The notes under the pieces are model-generated. The model saw only the letters and a list, made by a program, of their open reading frames with translations. It was not told the DNA's origin and ran no database searches. A program made the position numbers and the translations under genes. This document shows, piece after piece, positions 60,393 to 64,000 of a stretch of 64,000 nt of DNA. How positions within the stretch are numbered: position 1 is the first letter of the stretch; each line of letters opens with the position of its first letter. Origin of the DNA: Eledone cirrhosa (taxonomy: Eukaryota); assembly GCA_964016885.1 (NCBI GenBank), contig OZ024741.1:159712001-159776000 (forward strand), in the 5' to 3' direction.

Positions 60393-60459
60393 GTTGTTTT
60401 TTTTGTTTAAAATAAATATTGGGCACAAAACCCCAATAAGCGGTTATTTGACCCCGATA

Positions 60460-60752
60460 CCAAAGTGGGAGGTAAAAAGGATTTGGAACTGCCATGAAGT
60501 CAAAGTGGTCCCGATTGTCATAGGCGCACTAGGTACTATCTCAAAAAGTTTCCAGGGATGGTTAAAGAAAATTGGCCCCGCCCCGCTTTTTGGAACACTT
60601 CAAAAGGCATGCTTTCTGGGAACAGCAAGAACCCTCCGATACGTCCTGAATATCTGAGGCTGCAGGTAGTGGCTTGATATTCATTTCAACAAACTTTCCA
60701 GTTAACTAACATCAATGACTGAGACTCAAAGAACAATAATAATAATAATAAT
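60460..60752 (+). pseudogene. R4/Dong-like (RLE) LINE 3' fragment with (TAA)n tail
   Basis: EVKRIW...KVVPIVIGALG...LQKACFLGTARTLRYVL. Confidence 0.75.
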
Positions 60753-61145
60753 TGTTTCTACTTTAGGCACAAGGCCAGCAATTACCCAGTGCATTACTGG
60801 TACTTTATTTAATAATAATAATAATAATAATAATATATATATGTATGTACACACAAGAGGTAAAACGAGGATTAATACAAAGAAGCGATATAATAAACCC
60901 TGTAATATAGCTTATCTGTGTTAATCCCCTTTATAACTCTTGTAACTACTGCAAGAACTACTGAGCACGGAACGATCAAGGAACTACTCTTCGACCAACC
61001 TACTGTAGTAAACATCTTGTTGAGTCAACTACCACCGTACGCTGAAACACTCCTCGATACAGATTATTCTAAACCTGAACTAAGGAAACCCAAAACGATA
61101 TCTCGTTTACCTTTATATATATATATATATCTGTATATATATATA

Positions 61146-61283
61146 TTAGAAAGTGAACCGGGGTACTGAAACCTTTGGTAATGGAGTAGTTATATATTGT
61201 CTTGTTCACTTTCTAATTAAATAGCTCTGTTTTATACATAGAGTACTCTTTTTCCCTTTGCTTTTTCTTCGGAAATACTTAAC
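61146..61283 (+). mobile_element. Truncated F1 fold-back copy (3' half of the HHR plus tail)
   Basis: CTGAAACCTTTGGTAATGGAGTAG... matches 39831-39950. Confidence 0.8.
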
Positions 61284-61288
61284 ACACG

Positions 61289-61410
<122 letters not shown>

Positions 61411-61417
61411 CACATAT

Positions 61418-61544
61418 ATTGTTATACTTTGGGAGGGTCATGTTGCCAATAAGAAATATACACGCCAGTTGCTTTCACTTCAATTTATTATAATAAATGT
61501 ATAAATTTAGGAATTTATAAATTTCCGGTTGGTTGGTTGGTTCC
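61418..61544 (-). mobile_element. Solo 3'-terminal fragment of the Penelope element
   Basis: Matches 36147-36270; flanked by (TA)n. Confidence 0.85.
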
Positions 61545-62182
61545 ATATATATATATTTATTAAAATAACAGATTAAAGTTTAAGCAAAGAATCGCTGCTT
61601 TCATCCTTAACGGGATCTTCTGAAACTAACAAAGTCAATCTGTAAACGCAGAAGTGGATATTTCAAAAAACGTTGCAACCGGAGGAAGACAGGAAGACGA
61701 TACTTTGGTTCGTGGAAACGTTCCCTGGAAAAGAACGGGAAAAAACGAATATAATACGTCATAAATAGGAGCGGGGAAAAACAATTACGCGCAAAGACAG
61801 AACCACGTTTATGGTATAAAAGAGGTCGTAGACTAATGTTCTCTTAGGTGGTTCATAGAGACGTTCACTGGCAATGAACGAAAAAAACGAAGATAGTACG
61901 TCATATGTGGAGCGTGGATAACAATTGCACGCCAAAACAAAACCACGTAAATGGTATAGCAGAAGTCGTAGACTAAAATTCTAACTAGGAAACCAAATGA
62001 ATCTCCGCTTCAGAGTTAAGAACAAAGTAAATAAATACAATACAGAGGTAATAGAAATTAAATAAATACATACACGCATACAAATACGTACATACACAAG
62101 CATACGCGAAAACACTTACCATAGGTATACAAAACCACGCACATATAAATATGTGTGTGTGTGTGTGTGTATGCGTGTATAC

Positions 62183-62306
<124 letters not shown>

Positions 62307-62738
62307 GCAATGGATGTAAAGTTATATACAAATCAAAGTAAAAAGTAGAAATGGAAACACCATGGAAGTATATTTAAAGAATCTTTTTTTCTTCTTTAGT
62401 CTGACAAAGTGAGAAAATATTTTATAAAATATATAAAAAATATTACCGATTTCGTTGTAATTCATCTTATCAAATATTAAATATTAAAATTTAAATTTAA
62501 TAATCAAAGTACTCAAATACTAAAAAGTACTAAAAATATTTAGTAAAAATATACAATTTATTAACACCTTCCACGTCAAAATGCTTCATCTTCGATTTTC
62601 GTTCACCTCTTCCCTCTTGTCACTCCGGTCAACGCTGTATTTCCTTTTACATTCATTTGAATAAATTACTATAATTTATTCAGCATTTTCTTTAATAATT
62701 ATAAAACATACATCCAATAAACTACGATGGCTTTCTTG

Positions 62739-63253
62739 TACCTACCTACCTACCTACCTACCTACCTACCTACCTACCTACCTACCTACCTACCTACCTA
62801 CCTACCTACCTACCTACCTACCTACCTACCGACCTACTTACCTACCTACCTACCTACCTACCTACCTACCTACCTACCTACCTACCTACCTACCTACCTA
62901 CCTACCTACCTACCTACCTACCTACCTACCTACCTACCTACCTACCTACCTACCTACCTACCTACCTACTTACCTACCTACCTACCTACCTACCTACCTA
63001 CCTACCTACATACATACCTACCTACCTACCTACATACATACCTACCTACCTTCCTACCTACCTACATAACTACCTACCTACCTACCTACCTACCTACCTA
63101 CCTACCTACCTACCTACCTACCTACCTACCTACTTACCTACCTACCTACCTACCTACCTTCCTACCTACCTACATAACTACCTACCTACCTACCTACCTA
63201 CCTACCTACCTACCTACCTACCTACCTACCTATCTACCTACCTATCTACCTAC
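62739..63253. repeat. (TACC)n microsatellite
   Basis: Directly visible. Confidence 0.95.
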
Positions 63254-63440
63254 CGTAGAGGCGGACGAACTGACCAGGCTGTTCGGTAGGACCTTCCGCC
63301 CGGGACCAATGGACAACTTCCAAAAGTCCCTGGCCTGGCAGTGCTACCGACGAGCTCTACCAGTTCGAGACAAGCTCTACAGACACGGGCGCCCGGGTAG
63401 GGACCCTTCGAAAAAGATCTGTCCGAGATGCGTGTGCGAC
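63254..63440 (+). pseudogene. Internal Tx1 ORF2 fragment
   Basis: [31 protein letters not shown]...KICPRC nearly identical to 25338-25520. Confidence 0.9.
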
Positions 63441-63797
63441 GGTTTCCTCGTCGCGCACGTGACAAAGAAGATGCAAAATTGGATTTCAAAGATGAAATGT
63501 GTTGAAATGTTGCTGCAAAACTTCACTCTTGCGAACTGCCAGAATTTTGAGAAGGTACACATGTAGAAGTTGATGAGGAACTGCAGGACCCTTGTTATGA
63601 CCTGTTCCTTCAGGGTAATTTTGACGACAGAAGATCAGTCTGTGTATGAAAAGAAATAATAATAACATAATAATAACATAGAAATAATAATAACATAATA
63701 ATAATATCTAAAATGTGTATCGTGACAAGAAATGCTTTTCGTAATAACAGAATTAATAACCAGAATTAATGCCAGAATTAATAACAGAACACACTCA

Positions 63798-63862
<65 letters not shown>

Positions 63863-64000
63863 AGTTAAAACAATGAAATAAAAAATCAAGTCATTAGAGA
63901 TATACTTCAATGCTTTACGATCGTTTCTAGATGATGATAATACATTGTAGCTATACTCCGTTATTGATCCATGTAAGGTTAGTTACAAAATATCAGATAA

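Larger units (their letters stand above)
54561..60452 (-). mobile_element. Near-full-length Tx1-clade LINE, copy B
   Basis: ORF1 with CFRCGSKTHLRAFC; ORF2 APE + RT; 3' end TGTGGTTAATAAAGAAATC followed by (ATT)n. Confidence 0.93.

Noticed and set aside
62727-63566. 279-aa LPTY-repeat ORF fused to RT C-terminal sequence
   Set aside because: Chance in-frame join of (TACC)n and a Tx1 fragment

Overview
This is AT-rich, microsatellite-saturated eukaryotic DNA, most likely from a cephalopod (Octopus-like). That assignment is an inference from the (TA)n/(CA)n density and the tRNA-derived SINE family. No host gene could be confidently identified, and almost all ORF-track entries are microsatellite artefacts. 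The window holds two near-full-length Tx1-clade LINEs (20.4-26.2 kb +, 54.6-60.5 kb -) and truncated copies, a rearranged Penelope-like element (RT + GIY-YIG) with inverted termini, RTE/CRE/R4-type LINE fragments, about 12 SINEs, a non-autonomous Helitron, hAT/Tigger/mariner derivatives, and 48-bp and 52-bp satellites. The most notable signal is a set of type I hammerhead ribozymes (HHRs) folded by hand. These occur in a 420-bp tandem repeat with one minimal HHR per unit and an upstream octamer motif (retrozyme-like, 53.0-54.5 kb), in several fold-back elements, and in both termini of the Penelope element, which is a plausible mobilising partner.
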